Shown here piece after piece: positions 37,532-47,930 of a stretch of DNA of 64,000 bases. Under the pieces are notes generated by a model. It saw only the letters and a list, made by a program, of their open reading frames with translations, had not been told where the DNA came from and made no database searches. Position numbers and translations under genes: made by a program. Source of the DNA: Waddliaceae bacterium. Its GTDB lineage: Bacteria > Chlamydiota > Chlamydiia > Chlamydiales > SLOH01. The DNA lies in contig JBBDJA010000017.1 of NCBI GenBank assembly GCA_040880105.1, positions 32,573 through 96,572 of the forward strand, read 5' to 3'. Position 1 is the stretch's first letter. Each line of letters opens with the position of its first letter.

Positions 37532-37781
37532 ACCCACATTTGAAAAAGCCTTTGCAAGACTCGAAGAAATTTTAGAAAAGATCAATACCGGTAAAATCAC
37601 CCTAGACGACTCATTAAAATTGTATGAAGAAGCCGACGGTCTTATTCGATCATGCTCAAAAAGACTCACCGATGCTGAAAGAAAAATCGAAATACTCGTT
37701 AAAGAGCGCAATGGTTCTCTACAATTAAATGAGGAAGGAGGACCGATCACTCAAGAGTTCGACCTCGACTCTCAACGATGA
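37518..37781 (+). CDS. xseB: Exodeoxyribonuclease VII small subunit
   Basis: [39 protein letters not shown] matches XseB. The gene overlaps the xseA 3' end. Confidence 0.85.
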
Positions 37782-39682
37782 AGTCACTTTTATCCGAGAT
37801 TCACACTCCCGAACAAATTAAGAACTTCTCAATAGAAGAACTCAAGGCGCTGGCCAAAGAAATTCACGAGCGCATTGTTGAAGTCATGTCTAAAAACGGC
37901 GGACATCTCGCTTCAAATTTAGGATCTATCGAGCTAACGATTGCCCTCCATAAGGTCTTTAACTCCCCTATTGACAAATTCATTTGGGATGTCAGTCATC
38001 AGACCTATACACATAAGCTTCTAACCGGTCGTGATGATGCATTTGATAAGGTTCGTCAGTCCGGTGGATTGTGTGGATTTTCCCACCCCAAAGAGTCAGC
38101 GCACGACCACTTTCATGCCGGACATGCAGGCACAGCGCTTTCCCTTGCTCTCGGGAAGGCTGCCGCAAGAGATTTAGATCAAAGAGAAGAGTATATTGTT
38201 CCGGTGATCGGAGATGCAACTTTAACTTGTGGAATGGCATATGAAGCTCTCAATAATATATCGCGTGATTTGAAGAAATTCATTGTCGTACTAAATGATA
38301 ACCGTATGTCAATTTCCAAAAATGTCGGGGCGATCACGCATATTTTAAGTCGATGGCTCAGCAATCCGACAACACATCGCCTTCACCAGGAAGTGGATGC
38401 AATCGTCTCAAAAATCCCAACGCTTGGAAGCCTGCTTTCTAGCCAAGGGCGAAAGTTAGCGGATTCACTTAAAAACCTTGTTAGCCCGGCTGCCTTTTTT
38501 GACCATTTTGGACTCTCGTATATTGGTCCGATTGATGGGCACGATATAAAGAAATTGGTCGATGCGTTTGAAGGGATCAAAGACTCCGAATGGCCGGTTA
38601 TCATCCATGTGCTCACAAATAAAGGGAACGGGATGTCGACTGCGATGGAAAATCCATCCACTTATCACGGCGCTAAACCGTTTTACAAAGACACAGGCAC
38701 TTTTATCCCCCAGCCTTCAAAAAATCCGACATTTCCAAAAGTTTTTGGAACCCATCTATTACAAATGGCAGAGAAAGATAAGCGTATCGTCGTTGTAACA
38801 CCTGCCATGTCTTCCGGATCAGGAATTGATCCTATGATGGAAAAACTTCCTGACCGCTGCATTGATGTTGGGATTGCCGAGTCACATGCGGTTACGTTTG
38901 CCGGAGGCATTGCACATGACCGATCCAAACGGGTCATCGTCTCAATCTACGCAACCTTTTTACAACGTGCATTTGACAATCTTTTTCACGATGTGTGCAT
39001 CCAAGAAATTCCGGTCGTTTTTGCGATTGACCGCGCAGGGCTCTCAGCCGGCGATGGGATTACACATCACGGCATTTATGACATCTCTTTCTTGAATGCG
39101 ATGCCAAATATGATTATTAGCCAACCGCGCAACGCGAAAGTACTAAAAGAGCTGATGGAGTCCTCTTTTGACTGGGGACATCCTGCGGCAATCCGCTATC
39201 CGAATCAACCGACCGACCTCGCAGATGGCGAGCTACAAACGCGTACTCCGGGAGAGGCTGAGATCCTTGAGCGAGGCGATGACTTGATTATCCTTGCTCT
39301 TGGGCATATGTGTGAGACGGCTTTAGAGGTACGAAACAAACTGCTAGAGAAAGGAATTCACGCCACAGTTGTCGATCCGGTCTTTATTAAGCCGCTCGAT
39401 TCTGAACTTCTATGCGAACTCCTTTCCAAACAGCAAAGGCTTGTCACCATTGAAGAGCATTCAGTTGTCTCCGGAATGGGCGCAATTGTGAATCACTTCC
39501 TTATGTCCAAAGGGTATTCCAATGTTGAGGTTTTAAACATCGGCATTCCTGAAACATTTGTCGAGCATGGCGGGTATAGTGATATTATGAATGCCCTTGG
39601 TTTAACATCCGATACAATTGTTAACCAAATCATTCAGTCATTTACCTTTACATCTAAAGTGACGATGCAAAGAGTTCTTTAA
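37778..39682 (+). CDS. dxs: 1-deoxy-D-xylulose-5-phosphate synthase
   Basis: [50 protein letters not shown] and [12 protein letters not shown] are present. Confidence 0.96.
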   Translation: MKSLLSEIHTPEQIKNFSIEELKALAKEIHERIVEVMSKNGGHLASNLGSIELTIALHKVFNSPIDKFIWDVSHQTYTHKLLTGRDDAFDKVRQSGGLCGFSHPKESAHDHFHAGHAGTALSLALGKAAARDLDQREEYIVPVIGDATLTCGMAYEALNNISRDLKKFIVVLNDNRMSISKNVGAITHILSRWLSNPTTHRLHQEVDAIVSKIPTLGSLLSSQGRKLADSLKNLVSPAAFFDHFGLSYIGPIDGHDIKKLVDAFEGIKDSEWPVIIHVLTNKGNGMSTAMENPSTYHGAKPFYKDTGTFIPQPSKNPTFPKVFGTHLLQMAEKDKRIVVVTPAMSSGSGIDPMMEKLPDRCIDVGIAESHAVTFAGGIAHDRSKRVIVSIYATFLQRAFDNLFHDVCIQEIPVVFAIDRAGLSAGDGITHHGIYDISFLNAMPNMIISQPRNAKVLKELMESSFDWGHPAAIRYPNQPTDLADGELQTRTPGEAEILERGDDLIILALGHMCETALEVRNKLLEKGIHATVVDPVFIKPLDSELLCELLSKQQRLVTIEEHSVVSGMGAIVNHFLMSKGYSNVEVLNIGIPETFVEHGGYSDIMNALGLTSDTIVNQIIQSFTFTSKVTMQRVL

Positions 39683-39766
39683 AAAAACTCTGAATTACTA
39701 AATGCATCGCCTTTTTAAAATTTAATTTTTATACAATAAAGAAAAACTCTTGTAAGGATTGACAAC

Positions 39767-40615
39767 GTGACTACTATTTTTCTTTATAGAAACTCAAATC
39801 TTGAAGGCTCAAAGCATATAGCCATTGGAATACGCGACTATTTGCGCAATCATAATGTTAAAGTCGTTGTTGAAAAGTCGGAATCTGAAACGCTTGAATC
39901 AGATACTCTTTCATCTGTCGATCCCAAGGAGATTGATTTTGTTATTACCTTAGGAGGTGACGGAACAATCTTGCGCTACATGCATAACTATCCGGATTAT
40001 AACATTCCCGTCATCGGAGTAAACTTAGGAAGCCTTGGATTTATGGCTGATTTAGTGGTTACCGATATCTACCCCTCTCTTTCAAACCTTTTAGATGGAA
40101 AATTTTGTATCCAAGAGAGACTGATGATGCGGGGCGTCGCATCCGATGGGAAGGAGTGCTCTTCGGTCAATGACTTCACTTTCCATCGAGCAAGTATCCC
40201 CTCTTTAGTCGAGCTTGCGATTCATGTCGATGGGTCGTATTTGAATACGTTTTCCGGAGATGGAGTCATTTTTGCCACCCCTTGTGGATCAACTGCCTAT
40301 TCACTTGGAGCCGGAGGACCTATTTTAACTCCGAATTTAGAGGCGTTTATCTTAACTCCCATTTGTCCGCACACGATTTCCAATCGACCGATTGTCCTCA
40401 TGCCTGAACAAGAAATTCAGATTCAGTACACAAGTCTTCATGATCCGATAGAAGTTCACAGCGATGGGATTTTTATCGGTAAATTAAAGACAGGCGATAT
40501 CTTTCGCTTAACCCCTTCTAAGAAAAAATTCCGCCTGGTAACCCTACCACAAACAGACTACTTCTCCACGTTGAGATGTAAGCTTGGGTGGTCTGGAAAG
40601 TCAAAAAAGCTCTAA
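39767..40615 (+). CDS. nadK: NAD kinase
   Basis: GTG start. ITLGGDGTILR, GVNLGSLGFM and the NAD-kinase C-terminal pattern (ATPCGSTAYSLGAGGPI) are present. Confidence 0.88.
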   Translation: MTTIFLYRNSNLEGSKHIAIGIRDYLRNHNVKVVVEKSESETLESDTLSSVDPKEIDFVITLGGDGTILRYMHNYPDYNIPVIGVNLGSLGFMADLVVTDIYPSLSNLLDGKFCIQERLMMRGVASDGKECSSVNDFTFHRASIPSLVELAIHVDGSYLNTFSGDGVIFATPCGSTAYSLGAGGPILTPNLEAFILTPICPHTISNRPIVLMPEQEIQIQYTSLHDPIEVHSDGIFIGKLKTGDIFRLTPSKKKFRLVTLPQTDYFSTLRCKLGWSGKSKKL

Positions 40616-40848
40616 AAACTTCTTTACAGCAAAGTTCTTCTAAGCCTGTCTGAGCTAGAGACTTACAATCTATTCTAAAAAAAAGTTCACAAAAAGAATA
40701 GATTATACTGGAACATTTATCTTTGAACACGTATTTAAATTAGTCAAAAACCTTTTTGTTTTAGGGGGTCCCGTCTCCAATACAGACAGACTTCCTTAAG
40801 AATGGTTAGAATATTTTAACTAAGAAACCAAAACCGTAGGAGAACATC

Positions 40849-41064
40849 ATGAAACTATCAAAAGTTTTATCATCATCATTAGCACTATTAGCAATGGCTT
40901 TTGTGTTAACTAGCTGCTGCTGTGATAGCTACTGTGCTGACCCATGCCCACAACCATGTCCAAAACCATGTTGTCCTCAGCCATGTCCACCACAACCTTG
41001 CTACCCACAGCCTGTATCTAACCCATGCCCATGCCCTCAACCCGCATGCCCTAGCTGCTACTAG
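40849..41064 (+). CDS. omcA: Small cysteine/proline-rich outer-membrane lipoprotein (OmcA-like)
   Basis: The signal peptide carries the lipobox LTSC. I count 14 Cys in the mature part of about 49 aa, arranged as CP(Q/K)PCP-type repeats. A strong SD (GTAGGAGAA) precedes it. Its position upstream of omcB matches Chlamydia. Confidence 0.7.
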   Translation: MKLSKVLSSSLALLAMAFVLTSCCCDSYCADPCPQPCPKPCCPQPCPPQPCYPQPVSNPCPCPQPACPSCY

Positions 41065-41157
41065 AACAGGATAAAGCTGTAAGGCTTAAAACGATGCAGA
41101 GGGAAAACACTTCCCTCTGCAAAGTAACTTGAAAAATCAAACGATCTGGGATAAACG

Positions 41158-41388
41158 TTGAAGAGAAAACTTAAAAGAGTCGCATTATTATTTTCTCTGA
41201 TTACATTCACAAGCTGCAGCGTAGAGTCTGCTTATAATGCATGTGGAAAGCTCAAACAACCGGCGACGCCGTGCCAAGATCCTTTTGTCTCTACATGGGA
41301 TGAAAGATACAGACCCCTACACTCTCCTGAAGGTTGGGGAAAACAAAAAAAATGTCCTACCTGTTGCTACAGGGAAATGACCAGATAA
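41158..41388 (+). CDS. Second small Cys-containing lipoprotein (76 aa, TTG start)
   Basis: The signal peptide carries the lipobox FTSC. The protein has 6 Cys, including CPTCC. It lies between the omcA-like gene and omcB. Confidence 0.5.
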   Translation: MKRKLKRVALLFSLITFTSCSVESAYNACGKLKQPATPCQDPFVSTWDERYRPLHSPEGWGKQKKCPTCCYREMTR

Positions 41389-41470
41389 GTTTAATGATGT
41401 CACTTTCTTATATAATACTAAGGAAATCACAACTTGAAACTTTTTTAACAATGAAAATTAGGAGTCATAC

Positions 41471-43075
41471 ATGAAAAAACAATTCGGATTTGTTGCTTCA
41501 TTGCTCGTAATGTTTGCAACAACGCTGATGTGGACAGGCTGCTCCAGTAGTGATGGATACAACAACTGTTGCGAACAACAATATGGCGTGGATTGTCCAT
41601 CGCCCTGTCCTCCTGCTGTAGATGCATGCCCAGCTGCATGCCCAGCTGCATGCCCGGCTGTTTGTCCGGATCCATGCTGTGAGCCGCTTTGCAAGCAACC
41701 ACCTCAGTGTCGTTACCCAAACACAAACGAGTTAGATTGTGTTGACGGTATTACCGTTACTGCAAGAAAACCTGAACTTTGCATGCTAGGGGATCAATAT
41801 CCTCTTGAGTTTGAAGTTTGCGCATGTAAAGACGTGTGCGATGTTGAAGTTTCAGTCCACCTACCGGATGGCGTGAGTTACGTACGTAGCCAACCTTCTG
41901 GAAAATTAGATGGAAATGAACTGACTTTCAATTTCGGCGCGATGAGATGCGGCGAAGTGAAAAATGCAAAAGTAATGCTTGAGTGTCTATGCGAAGGAGA
42001 GTTATGTGCATGTTTCTGTGCAAAAGCAACTCCAGTTCGTTTTTGCTCTTTGCTTTGCGCTAAGCCTTGGTTAGTCTGCCAAAAATGCGGACCTGAAGAG
42101 GTTTGCCCAGGAGATCCGATTAATTACACAATCACGGTCACCAACCGCGGAAGCTGCGCTGCAGAAGATGTTGTCGTTAAAGACACTCTTCCTGAAGGTG
42201 TGATGCATGCAAGCGGTCAAAGCATTCTAACGTACCGCTTAGGATCACTTGCTCCTTGCGAATCCAAAACTGTTAACATTTGCGTCCAAGCTTGTGCACG
42301 TGGAGAGGTTTGCAACACAGCTGTTGTTACAGCATGCAATGCAGACTCAGTCTCTTGCCAAGCATGCACATGTGTATGCGTTTGTGATGTTGAGCTCATC
42401 AAAGATGGACCTCAACAAGTGCAGATCGGCGACAGAGCTGACTACACTGTGACAGTACGTAACACAGGTGATAAGCCTCTGACTGATGTCGTTGTCACAG
42501 ATTGCGCCCCAAGCGGAACATCAATTGTTTCTGCTGAAGGAGCAAGAATCAACGGTAATCAAGCAGTTTGGAGACTTCGCAGTCTTGATATCAACGAAGA
42601 AGTGACCTTCAATATCACACTAACGACTTGCACAACCGGCTGCTTTACAAACAGAGCGTCTGTAAAGACTTGCCAAGGTTGCTGCGATTCAGATGAGATC
42701 GTGACACGTTGGAGAGGTTCTCCGGCACTTAACGTTTGCATCGTGGATTCAGAAGATCCAATTTGCGTTGGTGACTTTACTACATACACAATTACTGTTG
42801 TAAACCAAGGATCTGAACAAGATGAAAACGTTCGCGTTGTTGTTCGATTCCCATCAGAAGTTGTACCTGTAAGTGTATCAGGTGATGCACCGGGCTCAAT
42901 TTCAAATGGCACAGTGACATTTGCACCATACAACAACTTCTCTCCTAGACAGACGTTGAAGTATCGTGTGAGAGCGCGTGCTAACCAACCGGGTGATGCT
43001 CGAATTGTTACAGAAGTAACATCAGACACATTCGGAACACCAATTATACAACAAGAAAGTACAATTGTAAACTAA
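41471..43075 (+). CDS. omcB: Large cysteine-rich outer-membrane complex protein OmcB (60-kDa CRP family, DUF11 repeats)
   Basis: The lipobox is WTGC and the N-terminal region is Cys/Pro-rich. GITVTARKPELCMLGDQYPLEFEV, the repeated ..Y.ITV.N.G... beta-repeat pattern (PINYTITVTNRGS, ADYTVTVRNTGD, FTTYTITVVNQGS) and the C-terminal ESTIVN are OmcB-like. Confidence 0.88.
   Translation: MKKQFGFVASLLVMFATTLMWTGCSSSDGYNNCCEQQYGVDCPSPCPPAVDACPAACPAACPAVCPDPCCEPLCKQPPQCRYPNTNELDCVDGITVTARKPELCMLGDQYPLEFEVCACKDVCDVEVSVHLPDGVSYVRSQPSGKLDGNELTFNFGAMRCGEVKNAKVMLECLCEGELCACFCAKATPVRFCSLLCAKPWLVCQKCGPEEVCPGDPINYTITVTNRGSCAAEDVVVKDTLPEGVMHASGQSILTYRLGSLAPCESKTVNICVQACARGEVCNTAVVTACNADSVSCQACTCVCVCDVELIKDGPQQVQIGDRADYTVTVRNTGDKPLTDVVVTDCAPSGTSIVSAEGARINGNQAVWRLRSLDINEEVTFNITLTTCTTGCFTNRASVKTCQGCCDSDEIVTRWRGSPALNVCIVDSEDPICVGDFTTYTITVVNQGSEQDENVRVVVRFPSEVVPVSVSGDAPGSISNGTVTFAPYNNFSPRQTLKYRVRARANQPGDARIVTEVTSDTFGTPIIQQESTIVN
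41624..41659 (+). repeat. Tandem 12-nt repeat, three copies (GCATGCCCAGCT), inside omcB and encoding (A)CPA repeats
   Basis: I read GCATGCCCAGCT GCATGCCCAGCT GCATGCCCGGCT directly. The repeat is in frame and gives CPAACPAACPAV. Confidence 0.85.
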
Positions 43076-43102
43076 GCCAAGTCTATATTAGACTGCTTAT
43101 TA

Positions 43103-43132
43103 AGCGGCCTCACATGAGGCCGCTTTTTTTTT
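43103..43132 (+). terminator. Intrinsic terminator after omcB
   Basis: AGCGGCCTC (43103-43111) pairs with GAGGCCGCT (43116-43124) across a 4-nt loop. A T9 run follows immediately. Confidence 0.8.
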
Positions 43133-43164
43133 ACCTATCTCTCTTCCTAAATTCAAAAGATCAG

Positions 43165-43318
43165 TAAAGGAGCCTCTGGTTAACTCAGGGTAATTTAATT
43201 TTGCATGAATTTTTTCTAAAATTCAAAAAATCAATCGAACTTTAATTGAGTGCGATTTTACCGAATATCAGGAACAAGACACTAAATTTAATAATCTGAG
43301 TGAATCAGAGATTCCTAA
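43165..43318. repeat. Palindromic MITE/REP-like element, copy 4
   Basis: The left arm is TAAAGGAGCCTCTGGTTAACTCAGGGTAATTTAATTTTGCATGAATTTTTTCTAAAATTCAAAAAATCAATCGAAC. The right arm is AAGACACTAAATTTAATAATCTGAGTGAATCAGAGATTCCTAA. The copy lies in the convergent gap between omcB and the methyltransferase gene. Confidence 0.85.
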
Positions 43319-43378
43319 ATATAAAAGAATGCAGTCGAAGTTAACGGGTGTTAAAATAGAGCTAAATTTCTTTTAAGA

Positions 43379-44077
43379 CTAGGATCGGATCGCATGGAAA
43401 ATTTGACGGTCTCCTTCTTCTTTAAAAGGATTCCCCTGATAATCATTCCATACATTTTGAATATCGAAACCAGCTTGAATCAGCATCTTTTCAATCTGCG
43501 TACGATTGTAGAGTTTGACCCTTTCTTCGTATGAACGCCCTGGAAATAAGATACGCTTGACCACAGTGTCATCTTCGATCTGGCGTGTAATTGTCACAGT
43601 TTCACCCTTAACAATCGATGTTTCTGCATGCACAAGACTCTTTCGCACAGAAAAGGGGTGAAGGTATTCAAGAAAGTAACTTCCGCCCTTTTTAAGCGAC
43701 TCATGAGCCTTGATGAAAAATTTTAAATTATCATCATCTTTACGAAAATAGCCGAAAGAAGTGAATAAACTTAGAGCTAAATCAAAAGTTTCAGGCATTG
43801 AAAAGGAGAGAATATCCGCATGAATAAAATGTCCCGGCCCCTTTTTTGCGATTTCGATCAACTCCTTTGACTGGTCGACCCCGGTAATATCAAAGCCTCG
43901 GCTCGCAAATGCATGGCAATGACGCCCGGCGCCACACCCAAGATCAATGATTTTTTCTGATCCATTCAAAGTAAGCAGTTCTATCATTAGATCTACTTGT
44001 CTGTCACCTTCTTCCTCTCCTCGTTTGGAGTAGAGGTTTAAGTAATCCTGATTGAACCAATTTTTATACCACATCAT
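43379..44077 (-). CDS. Class I SAM-dependent methyltransferase
   Basis: Motif I IIDLGCGAGRH is present. The size (232 aa) and the overall pattern fit the Methyltransf_11/25 type. The substrate is unknown. Confidence 0.78.
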   Translation of the reverse strand: MMWYKNWFNQDYLNLYSKRGEEEGDRQVDLMIELLTLNGSEKIIDLGCGAGRHCHAFASRGFDITGVDQSKELIEIAKKGPGHFIHADILSFSMPETFDLALSLFTSFGYFRKDDDNLKFFIKAHESLKKGGSYFLEYLHPFSVRKSLVHAETSIVKGETVTITRQIEDDTVVKRILFPGRSYEERVKLYNRTQIEKMLIQAGFDIQNVWNDYQGNPFKEEGDRQIFHAIRS

Positions 44078-44139
44078 ACCCCTCTACTTGTAGGAGACTT
44101 AAGTCTATATTCACACAAGCTAAAATAGCAATTGGGACG

Positions 44140-47100
44140 TCAAGAGGCGATCTCTTCGAAGGTTCCAATCTTTTTTAACTGATCTTTAATTTTAGGCGAA
44201 ACGCTTAAGTCAAGTTGAAGGTGTGCAAATTCTTGTCCTTCCTTCATAAAATCAACCTGAAAGGGTATCTCACCTGGATAATCTTGTAACAGATCTTTAA
44301 TTTTTAAAATTTGGCTCATGTACAGTGCGTTAAGGTCGACCTTTAGAGCATATTTGGATATTTTCTTTTCTTGCTCTTCTTGAACCGGCTCTTTTGGTTT
44401 TTTGCTTGCAAATTGTTTACGCTTTGCAAAATGTAGCACTTTTTTCTTAGCACGGTCATACGCTTGATCGCACTCGGCAACCATCGCCTCGCTTGCTTCT
44501 GTCAAGTCTTCCAGCCATTCGCAAGAAAGCCGCGTCTGCTCTTGCTCTTTATCAACAATTAGAACCGCATAAAGCATCTGATTTTCTAAAAGAAGCGCCT
44601 TTTTTTCTTCAAAGAGGTTCGCCCAAATCGGAAGTTCATAGGTTGCTATCCCATCACTAATCATTAAGATTGCAAATTTTTTATTCGTCTTTGAGCTAAA
44701 GCGCGTTTGCACAGACTCCACAATAAAGGCAGAGCGAAAAACGGTTTGATGTTCGAGTTCCTCAAGCCTTCGAAGTGGCAAGCATGAGAGTCGTCCCAAA
44801 ATTTCCTTATATTGGTCCATCGGGTGACCGGTTACAAAGAAACCGAGAAGCTCTTTTTCTTTTAATAAGAGCTCTTGCTTGCTATACGGAATTTTAACCT
44901 CAGGCGGTTTCTCAAAGCGATTACTGGTTGTTTCGCCCATTAAGTCAAAAAGATTGAGCACCCCTGCGCTTTTTTCCTTTTTCTCTTTCACAGCAGCCTC
45001 AAACATCGGCTCAATTGAGATTTTGAGTTGATCCCGCGACCAGTCTGTAAAGTCAAAGCAGCCGGCCAAAACAAGGCACTCTACCATTTTTTTCCCGACT
45101 TTCTGGGTATTGATCCGACTTAAAAAGTCATATAAGTCTGTAAAATGTCCGCCATTTTTGCGCTCTAGAAGTATCGATTCGACAATGCCCTCTCCAACAC
45201 CTTTAATCGCTGAAAGAGCAAACCGAATCCCTTTGTCCGTTGCCATGAAACGATCGCCCGACTCATTAATATCAGGCGGAAGCAGAGCAATTCCCATCGG
45301 CTTACATTCGCGAATAAACTTAGCGACCTTAGAGATATCTTGGCTATCGCAGGTCATTAATGCAGCCATCCACTGCGCGGGATAGTTGGCTTTAAAAAAT
45401 GCTGTCACATAGGAGAGGTAGCCGTATGCGGCGGCATGTGATTTGTTGAATCCATAAGCGGCAAATTTTTCCATCTTATCGAAGATAACCATTGCCGTCT
45501 GCTCATCAATACCATTTTCGATTGCGCCGGTGCGAAATTTCTCTCGCTCTTTTGACATTTGCGCCATATCCTTTTTTCCCATGGCGCGCCTGAGCACATC
45601 CCCTTCTCCAAGAGAATATCCGGCAAGCTTTTGAGCAATCTGCATGACCTGCTCTTGGTAAACCATGATCCCGTAGGTTTCAGAAAGAATCTCCTCGAGC
45701 CATGGATGATCATATTCAATGGATTCTTTTCCATGCTTACGATTAATAAATGAGGGGATCATGTCCATCGGACCAGGTCGATAAAGAGAGGTCACGGCGA
45801 TAATTTCTTCGAATCGATCAAGGTGAAGATTGCGCGCTAGATCTTGCATTCCACCTGACTCTAGCTGGAAAATACCAAGAGTTTTCCCTTTATTCAGAAG
45901 TTCGAATGTCGCAGTGTCTTCAAGGGAAAGTTCCGTCCAGTGGATGACCTCTCCGGTCTTCTCAGCGACAGCGCGGGTGCAAAGATCAATTGCTGTTAAT
46001 GTTTTGAGGCCTAAAAAGTCCATTTTGAGCATTCCCACCTGCTCAACTGGCTTCATTGAATACTGTGTCACGGGCATTTGAGCATCTTTTGCTACACATA
46101 CGGGAATGAGCTCTGTCAAAGGCTGTCCGCTAATAATAATGCCTGCCGCGTGAATTCCTGTATTGCGGATCGATCCCTCAAGCTTTTTCCCTAGATCGAT
46201 TAAGCGAGCCGCGTCCTCGTCATTTTCATACATTGAGCGAAATTCATGATCTTTTTCGATCGCCTTTTCCAAAGTGATATTTAAATCATCAGGAACAAGC
46301 TTGGCAATTGCGTTTACCTTTGAAAGCGGAACGCTAAGCACACGTCCTACATCGCGCAGGACCATCTTTGCCTTCATCGTTCCAAAAGTGATAATCTGGG
46401 CTAAGTTCTCTTTTCCGTATTTGGAAAGGGTGTAATTGATCACCTCAGAGCGCCTGTCCATGCAGATATCGACGTCGATATCGGGATACGATAGGCGTTC
46501 GGGGTTAATAAAGCGCTCAAAAAAGAGATTAAAGCGCAGGGGTTCAATATCTGTTACCCCAATCAAATAAAGCACGATCGAACCCGCTCCTGAACCGCGG
46601 CCGGGACCCATTGGGATTCCGTTTTTCTTTGCCCAATGAATAAAGTCCCACACAATCAAAAGATAGTCGCACATCCCCTTAGGGGCAATCACATCCATCT
46701 CATGCTGTAGACGATTGCGCACCACTTGCATCGGATCTTGATCCGGAAAGAGTTCGGCAACTTTATCAAGGCGCTCTTGAGTGTAGCGTTTGGGTATTCC
46801 CTCTTCACATAGTTCCCAAAGGTAGTGCTCAACGGCCTTGCTGCGCTGCTCTTCTACGACCTCCTTTCCTTCCAATGCAGGGGGGATGAAAACTGGATAG
46901 TGCTTTGTTTTAAGATCGATGATAAGCTCGCACTTCTCTGCAACTTTCACGGTGTTTTCAATCGCTTCAGGGAGATCGGAAAATAGTGACGCCATCTCTT
47001 CAGGAGACTTGAAGTAGACTTCATTGGAGGCGTATGTGCGGCGTTTGGGATTGGGAACGCGAAACTTTGGATTCCCCTGCCGATCTTTTTCCCAAATCTC

Positions 47101-47856
47101 ACACGGCTCACCGGACTGGATATTGAGCAAAATTTCATGTGCTTTCCACTCGTCACGTTCGATATAATGACTGTCGTTTGTTGCTACAAGCGGAATTCCA
47201 AACTCTTTTGAAAGTTGTACTAAAGCCTCGTTTACTCTCTCTTGTTGATCGATTCTCTCCTGATACTGCTGCAAAAGCCACGTCTCTTGAGTAAATCCAT
47301 CGGCTTTGAGGTTTTCTTCGCTCATTCGGTGGCGCTGAACCTCTAAATAAAAATCGTCCCCAAAGACTTTTTGATACCAGGCGATCAATTCTTTGACATC
47401 ACTTGGATTCCCATGCAAAATTTCATGGGAGAGTCGAGAGGAGAGACAGCCAGAAAGGCAGATCAGTCCTTCGGAATGCTTTTCAAGCATCTCAAAATCG
47501 ATACGAGGAAAATAATAAAACCCATCCAAATAGCCGATAGAACTTAACTTGCAAAGGTTTTGATAGCCCTGCATATTTTTTGCGAGAATTGTTTGGTGGA
47601 AGGCAGCGCGCTCCCCTCTCTCCTTTTTTTTCTCTAGTCGCGATCTTGGAGCGATATATAATTCGCAGCCGACAATTGGCTTGATGCCGGCCTTTTGAGC
47701 GCTTTTAAAAAATTCGACTGCACCGAACATATTGCCGTGATCGGTGAGCGCAACTGCAGGCATATCAAAGGCTTTTGCTTTGTCTACTATACCTTGTATG
47801 GATGCTGACGCATCTAAAATAGAGTATTGGGAGTGAACATGGAGTGGAATAAACAT
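44140..47856 (-). CDS. dnaE: DNA polymerase III alpha subunit
   Basis: 1238 aa. The PHP domain begins MFIPLHVHSQYSILDA. GSGAGSIVLYLIGVTDIEPL, FNKSHAAAYG and an OB fold near the C-terminus are present. Confidence 0.97.
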   Translation of the reverse strand: MFIPLHVHSQYSILDASASIQGIVDKAKAFDMPAVALTDHGNMFGAVEFFKSAQKAGIKPIVGCELYIAPRSRLEKKKERGERAAFHQTILAKNMQGYQNLCKLSSIGYLDGFYYFPRIDFEMLEKHSEGLICLSGCLSSRLSHEILHGNPSDVKELIAWYQKVFGDDFYLEVQRHRMSEENLKADGFTQETWLLQQYQERIDQQERVNEALVQLSKEFGIPLVATNDSHYIERDEWKAHEILLNIQSGEPCEIWEKDRQGNPKFRVPNPKRRTYASNEVYFKSPEEMASLFSDLPEAIENTVKVAEKCELIIDLKTKHYPVFIPPALEGKEVVEEQRSKAVEHYLWELCEEGIPKRYTQERLDKVAELFPDQDPMQVVRNRLQHEMDVIAPKGMCDYLLIVWDFIHWAKKNGIPMGPGRGSGAGSIVLYLIGVTDIEPLRFNLFFERFINPERLSYPDIDVDICMDRRSEVINYTLSKYGKENLAQIITFGTMKAKMVLRDVGRVLSVPLSKVNAIAKLVPDDLNITLEKAIEKDHEFRSMYENDEDAARLIDLGKKLEGSIRNTGIHAAGIIISGQPLTELIPVCVAKDAQMPVTQYSMKPVEQVGMLKMDFLGLKTLTAIDLCTRAVAEKTGEVIHWTELSLEDTATFELLNKGKTLGIFQLESGGMQDLARNLHLDRFEEIIAVTSLYRPGPMDMIPSFINRKHGKESIEYDHPWLEEILSETYGIMVYQEQVMQIAQKLAGYSLGEGDVLRRAMGKKDMAQMSKEREKFRTGAIENGIDEQTAMVIFDKMEKFAAYGFNKSHAAAYGYLSYVTAFFKANYPAQWMAALMTCDSQDISKVAKFIRECKPMGIALLPPDINESGDRFMATDKGIRFALSAIKGVGEGIVESILLERKNGGHFTDLYDFLSRINTQKVGKKMVECLVLAGCFDFTDWSRDQLKISIEPMFEAAVKEKKEKSAGVLNLFDLMGETTSNRFEKPPEVKIPYSKQELLLKEKELLGFFVTGHPMDQYKEILGRLSCLPLRRLEELEHQTVFRSAFIVESVQTRFSSKTNKKFAILMISDGIATYELPIWANLFEEKKALLLENQMLYAVLIVDKEQEQTRLSCEWLEDLTEASEAMVAECDQAYDRAKKKVLHFAKRKQFASKKPKEPVQEEQEKKISKYALKVDLNALYMSQILKIKDLLQDYPGEIPFQVDFMKEGQEFAHLQLDLSVSPKIKDQLKKIGTFEEIAS

Positions 47857-47930
47857 GTGTTTTAGTATGAAATATCTTGATGTTTGAAGTCAATGGCGCG
47901 CTTGTTTTCCTCTAAATTCTAACCTTCTAT

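Noticed and set aside
39688-39730. Possible degenerate remnant of the repeat B arm just after the dxs stop (CTCTGAATTACTAAATGCATCGCCTTTTTAAAATTTAATT)
   Set aside because: The resemblance to CTCTGATTCACTCAGATTATTAAATTTAGTGCCTTTTTCCTTAAATT is patchy and the segment is short and AT-rich. I cannot separate it from chance by eye. It needs a profile search.
41445-41726. Minus-strand ORFs with (AGHA)n / QLGMQLGMHL repeats, and the 156-aa ORF at 42559-43029, all antisense to omcB
   Set aside because: The repeats are reverse-frame artefacts of the 12-nt tandem repeat. All three ORFs are antisense to a confidently identified omcB.
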